Below the pieces are notes generated by a model. That model was not told the origin of the DNA. It made no database searches and saw only the letters and a list, made by a program, of their open reading frames with translations. From Auanema rhodensis (Eukaryota > Animalia > Nematoda), in NCBI GenBank assembly GCA_964057225.1, contig CAXKVF010000084.1, forward strand, positions 124,001-188,000: a stretch of DNA of 64,000 nt. The letters run 5' to 3'. This document shows, piece after piece, positions 12,250-26,827 of this stretch; positions within the stretch are counted from its first letter, which is position 1, and each line of letters opens with the position of its first letter. Both the position numbers and the translations under genes were made by a program.

Positions 12250-15200
12250 CAATATCAATAAAAATTTGTTTTTAGACTAATATGGACATGGGGAATCTAA
12301 TTTTGAAAACCGCATCTCTTTATCTTTCACGTGAAGCGAGTTACATACCAAGTGCACATCACGTGTACATTTAATTAGCATAAATTAAAGTTCACGTAAA
12401 TTTCAAAGTCATGGTTACCATGAAGCAATATCAATAAAAATTTGTTTTTAGACTAATATGGACATGGGGAATCTAATTTTGAAAACCGCATCTCTTTATC
12501 TTTCACGTGAAGGGAGTTACATACCAAGTGCACATCACGTGTACATTTAATTAGCATAAATTAAAGTTCACGTAAATTTCAAAGTCATGGTTACCATGAA
12601 CCAATATCAATAAAAATTTGTTTTTAGACTAATATGGACATGGGGAATCTAATTTTGAAAACCGCATCTCTTTATCTTTCACGTGAAGCGAGTTACATAC
12701 CAAGTGCACATCACGTGTACATTTAATTAGCATAAATTAAAGTTCACGTAAATTTCAAAGTCATGGTTACCATGAACCAATATCAATACAAATTTGTTTT
12801 TAGACTAATATGGACATGGGGAATCTAATTTTGAAAACCGCATCTCTTTATCTTTCACGTGAAGCGAGTTACATACCAAGTACACATTACGTGTACATTT
12901 AATTAGCATAAATTAAAGTTCACGTAAAATTCAAAGTCATGGTTACCATGCACCAATATCAATAAAAATTCGTTTTTAGACTAATATGGACATGGGGATT
13001 CTAATTTTGAAAACCGCATCTCTTTATCTTTCACGTGAAGCGAGTTACATACCAAGTGCACATCACGTGTACATTTAATTAGCATAAATTAAAGTTCACG
13101 TAAATTTCAAAGTCATGGTTACCATGCACCAATATCAATAAAAATTTGTTTTTAGACTAATATGGACATGGGGAATCTAATTTTGAAAACCGCATCTCTT
13201 TATCTTTCACGTGAAGGGAGTTACATACCAAGTGCACATCACGTGTACATTTAATTAGCATAAATTAAAGTTCACGTAAATTTCAAAGTCATGGTTACCA
13301 TGAACCAATATCAATAAAAATTTGTTTTTAGACTAATATGGACATGGGGAATCTAATTTTGAAAACCGCATCTCTTTATCTTTCACGTGAAGCGAGTTAC
13401 ATACCAAGTGCACATCACGTGTACATTTAATTAGCATAAATTAAAGTTCACGTAAATTTCAAAGTCATGGTTACCATGAACCAATATCAATAAAAATTTG
13501 TTTTTAGACTAATATGGACATGGGGAATCTAATTTTGAAAACCGCATCTCTTTATCTTTCACGTGAAGCGAGTTACATACCAAGTGCACATCACGTGTAC
13601 ATTTAATTAGCATAAATTAAAGTTCACGTAAATTTCAAAGTCATGGTTACCATGAAGCAATATCAATAAAAATTTGTTTTTAGACTAATATGGACATGGG
13701 GAATCTAATTTTGAAAACCGCATCTCTTTATCTTTCACGTGAAGCGAGTTACATACCAAGTGCACATCACGTGTACATTTAATTAGCATAAATTAAAGTT
13801 CACGTAAATTTCAAAGTCATGGTTACCATGAAGCAATATCAATAAAAATTTGTTTTTAGACTAATATGGACATGGGGAATCTAATTTTGAAAACCGCATC
13901 TCTTTATCTTTCACGTGAAGGGAGTTACATACCAAGTGCACATCACGTGTACATTTAATTAGCATAAATTAAAGTTCACGTAAATTTCAAAGTCATGGTT
14001 ACCATGAACCAATATCAATAAAAATTTGTTTTTAGACTAATATGGACATGGGGAATCTAATTTTGAAAACCGCATCTCTTTATCTTTCACGTGAAGCGAG
14101 TTACATACCAAGTGCACATCACGTGTACATTTAATTAGCATAAATTAAAGTTCACGTAAATTTCAAAGTCATGGTTACCATGAACCAATATCAATACAAA
14201 TTTGTTTTTAGACTAATATGGACATGGGGAATCTAATTTTGAAAACCGCATCTCTTTATCTTTCACGTGAAGCGAGTTACATACCAAGTACACATTACGT
14301 GTACATTTAATTAGCATAAATTAAAGTTCACGTAAAATTCAAAGTCATGGTTACCATGCACCAATATCAATAAAAATTCGTTTTTAGACTAATATGGACA
14401 TGGGGATTCTAATTTTGAAAACCGCATCTCTTTATCTTTCACGTGAAGCGAGTTACATACCAAGTGCACATCACGTGTACATTTAATTAGCATAAATTAA
14501 AGTTCACGTAAATTTCAAAGTCATGGTTACCATGCACCAATATCAATGAAAATTTGTTTTTAGACTAATATGGACATGGGGAATCTAATTTTGAAAACCG
14601 CATCTCTTCATCTTTCACGTGAAGCGAGTTACATACCAAGTGCACATCACGTGTACATTTAATTAGCATAAATTAAAGTTCACGTAAATTTCAAAGTCAT
14701 GGTTACCATGCACCAATATCAATAAAAATTCGTTTTTAGACTAATATGGACATGGGGAATCTAATTTTGAAAACCGCATCTCTTTATCTTTCACGTGAAG
14801 CGAGTTACATACCAAGTGCACATCACGTGTACATTTAATTAGCATAAATTAAAGTTCACGTAAATTTCAAAGTCATGGTTACCATGAACCAATATCAATA
14901 CAAATTTGTTTTTAGACTAATATGGACATGGGGAATCTAATTTTGAAAACCGCATCTCTTTATCTTTCACGTGAAGCGAGTTACATACCAAGTGCACATT
15001 ACGTGTACATTTAATTAGCATAAATTAAAGTTCACGTAAAATTCAAAGTCATGGTTACCATGCACCAATATCAATAAAAATTTGTTTTTAGACTAATATG
15101 GACATGGGGAATCTAATTTTGAAAACCGCATCTCTTTATCTTTCACGTGAAGCGAGTTACATACCAAGTGCACATCACGTGTACATTTAATTAGCATAAA

Positions 15201-18200
15201 TTAAAGTTCACGTAAATTTCAAAGTCATGGTTACCATGCACCAATATCAATAAAAATTTGTTTGTAGACTAATATGGACATGGGGAATCTAATTTTGAAA
15301 ACCGCATCTCTTTATCTTTCACGTGAAGCGAGTTACATACCAAGTGCACATCACGTGTACATTTAATTAGCATAAATTAAAGTTCACGTAAATTTCAAAG
15401 TCATGGTTACCATGAACCAATATCAATACAAATTTGTTTTTAGACTAATATGGACATGGGGAATCTAATTTTGAAAACCGCATCTCTTTATCTTTCACGT
15501 GAAGCGAGTTACATACCAAGTGCACATTACGTGTACATTTAATTAGCATAAATTAAAGTTCACGTAAAATTCAAAGTCATGGTTACCATGCACCAATATC
15601 AATAAAAATTTGTTTTTAGACTAATATGGACATGGGGAATCTAATTTTGAAAACCGCATCTCTTTATCTTTCACGTGAAGCGAGTTACATACCAAGTGCA
15701 CATCACGTGTACATTTAATTAGCATAAATTAAAGTTCACGTAAATTTCAAAGTCATGGTTACCATGCACCAATATCAATAAAAATTTGTTTTTAGACTAA
15801 TATGGACATGGGGAATCTAATTTCGAAAACCGCATCTCTTTATCTTTCACGTGAAGCGAGTTACATACCAAGTGCACATCACGTGTACATTTAATTAGCA
15901 TAAATTAAAGTTCACGTAAATTTCAAAGTCATGGTTACCATGAACCAATATCAATACAAATTTGTTTTTAGACTAATATGGACATGGGGAATCTAATTTT
16001 GAAAACCGCATCTCTTTATCTTTCACGTGAAGCGAGTTACATACCAAGTGCACATTACGTGTACATTTAATTAGCATAAATTAAAGTTCACGTAAATTTC
16101 AAAGTCATGGTTACCATGCACCAATATCAATAAAAATTTGTTTTTAGACTAATATGGACATGGGGAATCTAATTTTGAAAACCGCATCTCTTTATCTTTC
16201 ACGTGAAGCGAGTTACATACCAAGTGCACATCACGTGTACATTTAATTAGCATAAATTAAAGTTCACGTAAATTTCAAAGTCATGGTTACCATGAAGCAA
16301 TATCAATAAAAATTTGTTTTTAGACTAATATGGACATGGGGAATCTAATTTTGAAAACCGCATCTCTTTATCTTTCACGTGAAGGGAGTTACATACCAAG
16401 TGCACATCACGTGTACATTTAATTAGCATAAATTAAAGTTCACGTAAATTTCAAAGTCATGGTTACCATGAACCAATATCAATAAAAATTTGTTTTTAGA
16501 CTAATATGGACATGGGGAATCTAATTTTGAAAACCGCATCTCTTTATCTTTCACGTGAAGCGAGTTACATACCAAGTGCACATCACGTGTACATTTAATT
16601 AGCATAAATTAAAGTTCACGTAAAATTCAAAGTCATGGTTACCATGCACCAATATCAATAAAAATTCGTTTTTAGACTAATATGGACATGGGGATTCTAA
16701 TTTTGAAAACCGCATCTCTTTATCTTTCACGTGAAGCGAGTTACATACCAAGTGCACATCACGTGTACATTTAATTAGCATAAATTAAAGTTCACGTAAA
16801 TTTCAAAGTCATGGTTACCATGCACCAATATCAATGAAAATTTGTTTTTAGACTAATATGGACATGGGGAATCTAATTTTGAAAACCGCATCTCTTCATC
16901 TTTCACGTGAAGCGAGTTACATACCAAGTGCACATCACGTGTACATTTAATTAGCATAAATTAAAGTTCACGTAAATTTCAAAGTCATGGTTACCATGAA
17001 CCAATATCAATAAAAATTTGTTTTTAGACTAATATGGACATGGGGAATCTAATTTTGAAAACCGCATCTCTTTATCTTTCACGTGAAGCGAGTTACATAC
17101 CAAGTGCACATCACGTGTACATTTAATTAGCATAAATTAAAGTTCACGTAAATTTCAAAGTCATGGTTACCATGAACCAATATCAATACAAATTTGTTTT
17201 TAGACTAATATGGACATGGGGAATCTAATTTTGAAAACCGCATCTCTTTACCTTTCACGTGAAGCGAGTTACATACCAAGTGCACATTACGTGTACATTT
17301 AATTAGCATAAATTAAAGTTCACGTAAAATTCAAAGTCATGGTTACCATGCACCAATATCAATAAAAATTTGTTTTTAGACTAATATGGACATGGGGAAT
17401 CTAATTTTGAAAACCGCATCTCTTTATCTTTCACGTGAAGCGAGTTACATACCAAGTGCACATCACGTGTACATTTAATTAGCATAAATTAAAGTTCACG
17501 TAAATTTCAAAGTCATGGTTACCATGCACCAATATCAATAAAAATTTGTTTGTAGACTAATATGGACATGGGGAATCTAATTTTGAAAACCGCATCTCTT
17601 TATCTTTCACGTGAAGCGAGTTACATACCAAGTGCACATCACGTGTACATTTAATTAGCATAAATTAAAGTTCACGTAAATTTCAAAGTCATGGTTACCA
17701 TGAACCAATATCAATACAAATTTGTTTTTAGACTAATATGGACATGGGGAATCTAATTTTGAAAACCGCATCTCTTTATCTTTCACGTGAAGCGAGTTAC
17801 ATACCAAGTGCACATTACGTGTACATTTAATTAGCATAAATTAAAGTTCACGTAAAATTCAAAGTCATGGTTACCATGCACCAATATCAATAAAAATTTG
17901 TTTTTAGACTAATATGGACATGGGGAATCTAATTTTGAAAACCGCATCTCTTTATCTTTCACGTGAAGCGAGTTACATACCAAGTGCACATCACGTGTAC
18001 ATTTAATTAGCATAAATTAAAGTTCACGTAAATTTCAAAGTCATGGTTACCATGCACCAATATCAATAAAAATTTGTTTTTAGACTAATATGGACATGGG
18101 GAATCTAATTTTGAAAACCGCATCTCTTTATCTTTCACGTGAAGCGAGTTACATACCAAGTGCACATCACGTGTACATTTAATTAGCATAAATTAAAGTT

Positions 18201-21200
18201 CACGTAAATTTCAAAGTCATGGTTACCATGAACCAATATCAATACAAATTTGTTTTTAGACTAATATGGACATGGGGAATCTAATTTTGAAAACCGCATC
18301 TCTTTATCTTTCACGTGAAGCGAGTTACATACCAAGTGCACATCACGTGTACATTTAATTAGCATAAATTAAAGTTCACGTAAATTTCAAAGTCATGGTT
18401 ACCATGAACCAATATCAATACAAATTTGTTTTTAGACTAATATGGACATGGGGAATCTAATTTTGAAAACCGCATCTCTTTATCTTTCACGTGAAGCGAG
18501 TTACATACCAAGTGCACATTACGTGTACATTTAATTAGCATAAATTAAAGTTCACGTAAATTTCAAAGTCATGGTTACCATGAACCAATATCAATACAAA
18601 TTTGTTTTTAGACTAATATGGACATGGGGAATCTAATTTTGAAAACCGCATCTCTTTATCTTTCACGTGAAGCGAGTTACATACCAAGTGCACATTACGT
18701 GTACATTTAATTAGCATAAATTAAAGTTCACGTAAAATTCAAAGTCATGGTTACCATGCACCAATATCAATAAAAATTTGTTTTTAGACTAATATGGACA
18801 TGGGGAATCTAATTTTGAAAACCGCATCTCTTTATCTTTCACGTGAAGCGAGTTACATACCAAGTGCACATCACGTGTACATTTAATTAGCATAAATTAA
18901 AGTTCACGTAAATTTCAAAGTCATGGTTACCATGCACCAATATCAATAAAAATTTGTTTGTAGACTAATATGGACATGGGGAATCTAATTTTGAAAACCG
19001 CATCTCTTTATCTTTCACGTGAAGCGAGTTACATACCAAGTGCACATCACGTGTACATTTAATTAGCATAAATTAAAGTTCACGTAAATTTCAAAGTCAT
19101 GGTTACCATGAACCAATATCAATACAAATTTGTTTTTAGACTAATATGGACATGGGGAATCTAATTTTGAAAACCGCATCTCTTTATCTTTCACGTGAAG
19201 CGAGTTACATACCAAGTGCACATTACGTGTACATTTAATTAGCATAAATTAAAGTTCACGTAAAATTCAAAGTCATGGTTACCATGCACCAATATCAATA
19301 AAAATTTGTTTTTAGACTAATATGGACATGGGGAATCTAATTTTGAAAACCGCATCTCTTTATCTTTCACGTGAAGCGAGTTACATACCAAGTGCACATC
19401 ACGTGTACATTTAATTAGCATAAATTAAAGTTCACGTAAATTTCAAAGTCATGGTTACCATGCACCAATATCAATAAAAATTTGTTTTTAGACTAATATG
19501 GACATGGGGAATCTAATTTTGAAAACCGCTTCTCTTTATCTTTCACGTGAAGCGAGTTACATACCAAGTGCACATCACGTGTACATTTAATTAGCATAAA
19601 TTAAAGTTCACGTAAATTTCAAAGTCATGGTTACCATGAACCAATATCAATACAAATTTGTTTTTAGACTAATATGGACATGGGGAATCTAATTTTGAAA
19701 ACCGCATCTCTTTATCTTTCACGTGAAGCGAGTTACATACCAAGTGCACATTACGTGTACATTTAATTAGCATAAATTAAAGTTCACGTAAAATTCAAAG
19801 TCATGGTTACCATGCACCAATATCAATAAAAATTTGTTTTTAGACTAATATGGACATGGGGAATCTAATTTTGAAAACCGCATCTCTTTATCTTTCACGT
19901 GAAGCGAGTTACATACCAAGTGCACATCACGTGTACATTTAATTAGCATAAATTAAAGTTCACGTAAATTTCAAAGTCATGGTTACCATGAACCAATATC
20001 AATACAAATTTGTTTTTAGACTAATATGGACATGGGGAATCTAATTTTGAAAACCGCATCTCTTTATCTTTCACGTGAAGCGAGTTACATACCAAGTGCA
20101 CATTACGTGTACATTTAATTAGCATAAATTAAAGTTCACGTAAAATTCAAAGTCATGGTTACCATGCACCAATATCAATAAAAATTTGTTTTTAGACTAA
20201 TATGGACATGGGGAATCTAATTTTGAAAACCGCATCTCTTTATCTTTCACGTGAAGCGAGTTACATACCAAGTGCACATCACGTGTACATTTAATTAGCA
20301 TAAATTAAAGTTCACGTAAATTTCAAAGTCATGGTTACCATGCACCAATATCAATAAAAATTTGTTTTTAGACTAATATGGACATGGGGAATCTAATTTT
20401 GAAAACCGCTTCTCTTTATCTTTCACGTGAAGCGAGTTACATACCAAGTGCACATCACGTGTACATTTAATTAGCATAAATTAAAGTTCACGTAAATTTC
20501 AAAGTCATGGTTACCATGAACCAATATCAATACAAATTTGTTTTTAGACTAATATGGACATGGGGAATCTAATTTTGAAAACCGCATCTCTTTATCTTTC
20601 ACGTGAAGCGAGTTACATACCAAGTGCACATTACGTGTACATTTAATTAGCATAAATTAAAGTTCACGTAAAATTCAAAGTCATGGTTACCATGCACCAA
20701 TATCAATAAAAATTTGTTTTTAGACTAATATGGACATGGGGAATCTAATTTTGAAAACCGCATCTCTTTATCTTTCACGTGAAGCGAGTTACATACCAAG
20801 TGCACATCACGTGTACATTTAATTAGCATAAATTAAAGTTCACGTAAATTTCAAAGTCATGGTTACCATGAACCAATATCAATACAAATTTGTTTTTAGA
20901 CTAATATGGACATGGGGAATCTAATTTTGAAAACCGCATCTCTTTATCTTTCACGTGAAGCGAGTTACATACCAAGTGCACATTACGTGTACATTTAATT
21001 AGCATAAATTAAAGTTCACGTAAAATTCAAAGTCATGGTTACCATGCACCAATATCAATAAAAATTTGTTTTTAGACTAATATGGACATGGGGAATCTAA
21101 TTTTGAAAACCGCATCTCTTTATCTTTCACGTGAAGCGAGTTACATACCAAGTGCACATCACGTGTACATTTAATTAGCATAAATTAAAGTTCACGTAAA

Positions 21201-22450
21201 TTTCAAAGTCATGGTTACCATGCACCAATATCAATAAAAATTTGTTTTTAGACTAATATGGACATGGGGAATCTAATTTTGAAAACCGCATCTCTTTATC
21301 TTTCACGTGAAGCGAGTTACATACCAAGTGCACATCACGTGTACATTCAATTAGCATAAATTAAAGTTCACGTAAATTTCAAAGTCATGGTTACCATGAA
21401 CCAATATCAATACGAATTTGTTTTTAGACTAATATGGACATGGGGAATCTAATTTTGAAAACCGCATCTCTTTATCTTTCACGTGAAGCGAGTTACATAC
21501 CAAGTGCACATTACGTGTACATTTAATTAGCATAAATTAAAGTTCACGTAAAATTCAAAGTCATGGTTACCATGCACCAATATCAATAAAAATTTGTTTT
21601 TAGACTAATATGGACATGGGGAATCTAATTTTGAAAACCGCATCTCTTTATCTTTCACGTGAAGCGAGTTACATACCAAGTGCACATCACGTGTACATTT
21701 AATTAGCATAAATTAAAGTTCACGTAAATTTCAAAGTCATGGTTACCATGCACCAATATCAATAAAAATTTGTTTTTAGACTAATATGGACATGGGGAAT
21801 CTAATTTTGAAAACCGCATCTCTTTATCTTTCACGTGAAGCGAGTTACATACCAAGTGCACATCACGTGTACATTTAATTAGCATAAATTAAAGTTCACG
21901 TAAATTTCAAAGTCATGGTTACCATGAACCAATATCAATACAAATTTGTTTTTAGACTAATATGGACATGGGGAATCTAATTTTGAAAACCGCATCTCTT
22001 TATCTTTCACGTGAAGCGAGTTACATACCAAGTGCACATTACGTGTACATTTAATTAGCATAAATTAAAGTTCACGTAAAATTCAAAGTCATGGTTACCA
22101 TGCACCAATATCAATAAAAATTTGTTTTTAGACTAATATGGACATGGGGAATCTAATTTTGAAAACCGCATCTCTTTATCTTTCACGTGAAGCGAGTTAC
22201 ATACCAAGTGCACATCACGTGTACATTTAATTAGCATAAATTAAAGTTCACGTAAATTTCAAAGTCATGGTTACCATGAACCAATATCAATACGAATTTG
22301 TTTTTAGACTAATATGGACATGGGGAATCTAATTTTGAAAACCGCATCTCTTTATCTTTCACGTGAAGCGAGTTACATACCAAGTGCACATTACGTGTAC
22401 ATTTAATTAGCATAAATTAAAGTTCACGTAAAATTCAAAGTCATGGTTAC
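12250..22450 (+). repeat. Domain of nested 8-mer (1408), 13-mer (2288) and 5-mer (880) duplications built on a 3-mer/2-mer pattern
   Basis: AGTACAC 12882/14290 (+1408); GGGATT 12999/14407/16695 (+1408, +2288); CAATGAA 14548/16836 (+2288); TTTGTAG 15264/17552/18960 (+2288, +1408); CCGCT 19530/20410 (+880); TACGAA 21414/22294 (+880). Boundaries are approximate. Confidence 0.85.
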
Positions 22451-24749
22451 CATGCACCAATATCAATAAAAATTTGTTTTTAGACTAATATGGACATGGG
22501 GAATCTAATTTTGAAAACCGCATCTCTTTATCTTTCACGTGAAGCGAGTTACATACCAAGTGCACATCACGTGTACATTTAATTAGCATAAATTAAAGTT
22601 CACGTAAATTTCAAAGTCATGGTTACCATGCACCAATATCAATAAAAATTTGTTTTTAGACTAATATGGACATGGGGAATCTAATTTTGAAAACCGCATC
22701 TCTTTATCTTTCACGTGAAGCGAGTTACATACCAAGTGCACATCACGTGTACATTTAATTAGCATAAATTAAAGTTCACGTAAATTTCAAAGTCATGGTT
22801 ACCATGAACCAATATCAATACAAATTTGTTTTTAGACTAATATGGACATGGGGAATCTAATTTTGAAAACCGCATCTCTTTATCTTTCACGTGAAGCGAG
22901 TTACATACCAAGTGCACATCACGTGTACATTTAATTAGCATAAATTAAAGTTCACGTAAATTTCAAAGTCATGGTTACCATGAACCAATATCAATACAAA
23001 TTTGTTTTTAGACTAATATGGACATGGGGAATCTAATTTTGAAAACCGCATCTCTTTATCTTTCACGTGAAGCGAGTTACATACCAAGTGCACATCACGT
23101 GTACATTTAATTAGCATAAATTAAAGTTCACGTAAATTTCAAAGTCATGGTTACCATGCACCAATATCAATAAAAATTTGTTTTTAGACTAATATGGACA
23201 TGGGGAATCTAATTTTGAAAACCGCATCTCTTTATCTTTCACGTGAAGCGAGTTACATACCAAGTGCACATCACGTGTACATTTAATTAGCATAAATTAA
23301 AGTTCACGTAAATTTCAAAGTCATGGTTACCATGAAGCAATATCAATAAAAATTTGTTTTTAGACTAATATGGACATGGGGAATCTAATTTTGAAAACCG
23401 CATCTCTTTATCTTTCACGTGAAGCGAGTTACATACCAAGTGCACATCACGTGTACATTTAATTAGCATAAATTAAAGTTCACGTAAATTTCAAAGTCAT
23501 GGTTACCATGAACCAATATCAATACAAATTTGTTTTTAGACTAATATGGACATGGGGAATCTAATTTTGGAAACCGCATCTCTTTATCTTTCACGTGAAG
23601 CGAGTTACATACCAAGTGCACATCACGTGTACATTTAATTAGCATAAATTAAAGTTCACGTAAATTTCAAAGTCATGGTTACCATGCACCAATATCAATA
23701 AAAATTTGTTTTTAGACTAATATGGACATGGGGAATCTAATTTTGAAAACCGCATCTCTTTATCTTTCACGTGAAGCGAGTTACATACCAAGTGCACATT
23801 ACGTGTACATTTAATTAGCATAAATTAAAGTTCACGTAAATTTCAAAGTCGTGGTTACCATGCACCAATATCAATAAAAATTTGTTTTTAGACTAATATG
23901 GACATGGGGAATCTAATTTTGAAAACCGCATCTCTTTATCTTTCACGTGAAGCGAGTTACATACCAAGTGCACATCACGTGTACATTTAATTAGCATAAA
24001 TTAAAGTTCACGTAAATTTCAAAGTCGTGGTTACCATGCACCAATATCAATAAAAATTTGTTTTTAGACTAATATGGACATGGGGAATCTAATTTTAAAA
24101 ACCGCATCTCTTTATCTTTCACGTGAAGCGAGTTACATACCAAGTGCACATCACGTGTACATTTAATTAGCATAAATTAAAGTTCACGTAAATTTCAAAG
24201 TCATGGTTACCATGCACCAATATCAATACAAATTTGTTTTTAGACTAATATGGACATGGGGAATCTAATTTTGAAAACCGCATCTCTTTATCTTTCACGT
24301 GAAGCGAGTTACATACCAAGTGCACATCACGTGTACATTTAATTAGCATAAATTAAAGTTCACGTAAATTTCAAAGTCATGGTTACCATGCACCAATATC
24401 AATAAAAATTTGTTTTTAGACTAATATGGACATGGGGAATCTAATTTTGAAAACCGCATCTCTTTATCTTTCACGTGAAGCGAGTTACATACCAAGTGCA
24501 CATCACGTGTACATTTAATTAGCATAAATTAAAGTTCACGTAAATTTCAAAGTCATGGTTACCATGCACCAATATCAATACAAATTTGTTTTTAGACTAA
24601 TATGGACATGGGGAATCTAATTTTGAAAACCGCATCTCTTTATCTTTCACGTGAAGCGAGTTACATACCAAGTGCACATTACGTGTACATTTAATTAGCA
24701 TAAATTAAAGTTCACGTAAATTTCAAAGTCGTGGTTACCATGCACCAAT

Positions 24750-26650
24750 ATCAATAAAAATTTGTTTTTAGACTAATATGGACATGGGGAATCTAATTTT
24801 GAAAACCGCATCTCTTTATCTTTCACGTGAAGCGAGTTACATACCAAGTGCACATCACGTGTACATTTAATTAGCATAAATTAAAGTTCACGTAAATTTC
24901 AAAGTCGTGGTTACCATGCACCAATATCAATAAAAATTTGTTTTTAGACTAATATGGACATGGGGAATCTAATTTTGAAAACCGCATCTCTTTATCTTTC
25001 ACGTGAAGCGAGTTACATACCAAGTGCACATCACGTGTACATTTAATTAGCATAAATTAAAGTTCACGTAAATTTCAAAGTCGTGGTTACCATGCACCAA
25101 TATCAATAAAAATTCGTTTTTAGACTAATATGGACATGGGGAATCTAATTTTGAAAACCGCATCTCTTTATCTTTCACGTGAAGCGAGTTACATACCAAG
25201 TGCACATCACGTGTACATTTAATTAGCATAAATTAAAGTTCACGTAAAATTCAAAGTCATGGTTACCATGCACCAATATCAATAAAAATTTGTTTTTAGA
25301 CTAATATGGACATGGGGAATCTAATTTTGAAAACAGCATCTCTTTATCTTTCACGTGAAGCGAGTTACATACCAAGTGCACATCACGTGTACATTTAATT
25401 AGCATAAATTAAAGTTCACGTAAATTTCAAAGTCATGGTTACCATGAACCAATATCAATACAAATTTGTTTTTAGACTAATATGGACATGGGGAATCTAA
25501 TTTTGAAAACCGCATCTCTTTATCTTTCACGTGAAGCGAGTTACATACCAAGTGCACATCACGTGTACATTTAATTAGCATAAATTAAAGTTCACGTAAA
25601 TTTCAAAGTCATGGTTACCATGCACCAATATCAATAAAAATTTGTTTTTAGACTAATATGGACATGGGGAATCTAATTTTGAAAACCGCATCTCTTTATC
25701 TTTCACGTGAAGCGAGTTACATACCAAGTGCACATCACGTGTACATTTAATTAGCATAAATTAAAGTTCACGTAAATTTCAAAGTCGTGGTTACCATGCA
25801 CCAATATCAATAAAAATTTGTTTTTAGACTAATATGGACATGGGGAATCTAATTTTGAAAACCGCATCTCTTTATCTTTCACGTGAAGCGAGTTACATAC
25901 CAAGTGCACATCACGTGTACATTTAATTAGCATAAATTAAAGTTCATGTAAATTTCAAAGTCGTGGTTACCATGCACCAATATCAATAAAAATTCGTTTT
26001 TAGACTAATATGGACATGGGGAATCTAATTTTGAAAACCGCATCTCTTTATCTTTCACGTGAAGCGAGTTACATACCAAGTGCACATCACGTGTACATTT
26101 AATTAGCATAAATTAAAGTTCACGTAAAATTCAAAGTCATGGTTACCATGCACCAATATCAATAAAAATTTGTTTTTAGACTAATATGGACATGGGGAAT
26201 CTAATTTTGAAAACAGCATCTCTTTATCTTTCACGTGAAGCGAGTTACATACCAAGTGCACATCACGTGTACATTTAATTAGCATAAATTAAAGTTCACG
26301 TAAATTTCAAAGTCATGGTTACCATGAACCAATATCAATACAAATTTGTTTTTAGACTAATATGGACATGGGGAATCTAATTTTGAAAACCGCATCTCTT
26401 TATCTTTCACGTGAAGCGAGTTACATACCAAGTGCACATCACGTGTACATTTAATTAGCATAAATTAAAGTTCACGTAAATTTCAAAGTCATGGTTACCA
26501 TGCACCAATATCAATAAAAATTTGTTTTTAGACTAATATGGACATGGGGAATCTAATTTTGAAAACCGCATCTCTTTATCTTTCACGTGAAGCGAGTTAC
26601 ATACCAAGTGCACATCACGTGTACATTTAATTAGCATAAATTAAAGTTCA
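24750..26650 (+). repeat. Higher-order duplication, 5-mer (880-bp unit)
   Basis: AAACAGC at 25335 and 26215 (+880), with matching GTCGTGG, TTCG, GTAAAATT and ACAAA variants in the same order. Boundaries are approximate. Confidence 0.85.
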
Positions 26651-26797
26651 CGTAAATTTCAAAGTCATGGTTACCATGAAGCAATATCAATAAAAATTTG
26701 TTTTTAGACTAATATGGACATGGGGAATCTAATTTTGAAAACCGCATCTCTTTATCTTTCACGTGAAGCGAGTTACATACCAAGTGCACATCACGTG

Positions 26798-26827
26798 TAC
26801 ATTTAATTAGCATACATTTAATTAGCA
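26798..26827 (+). repeat. Single 15-bp tandem duplication (TACATTTAATTAGCA x2), giving a 191-bp monomer
   Basis: Reads GTG-TACATTTAATTAGCA-TACATTTAATTAGCA-TAAATT. The array phase shifts by +15 afterwards. Confidence 0.97.
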
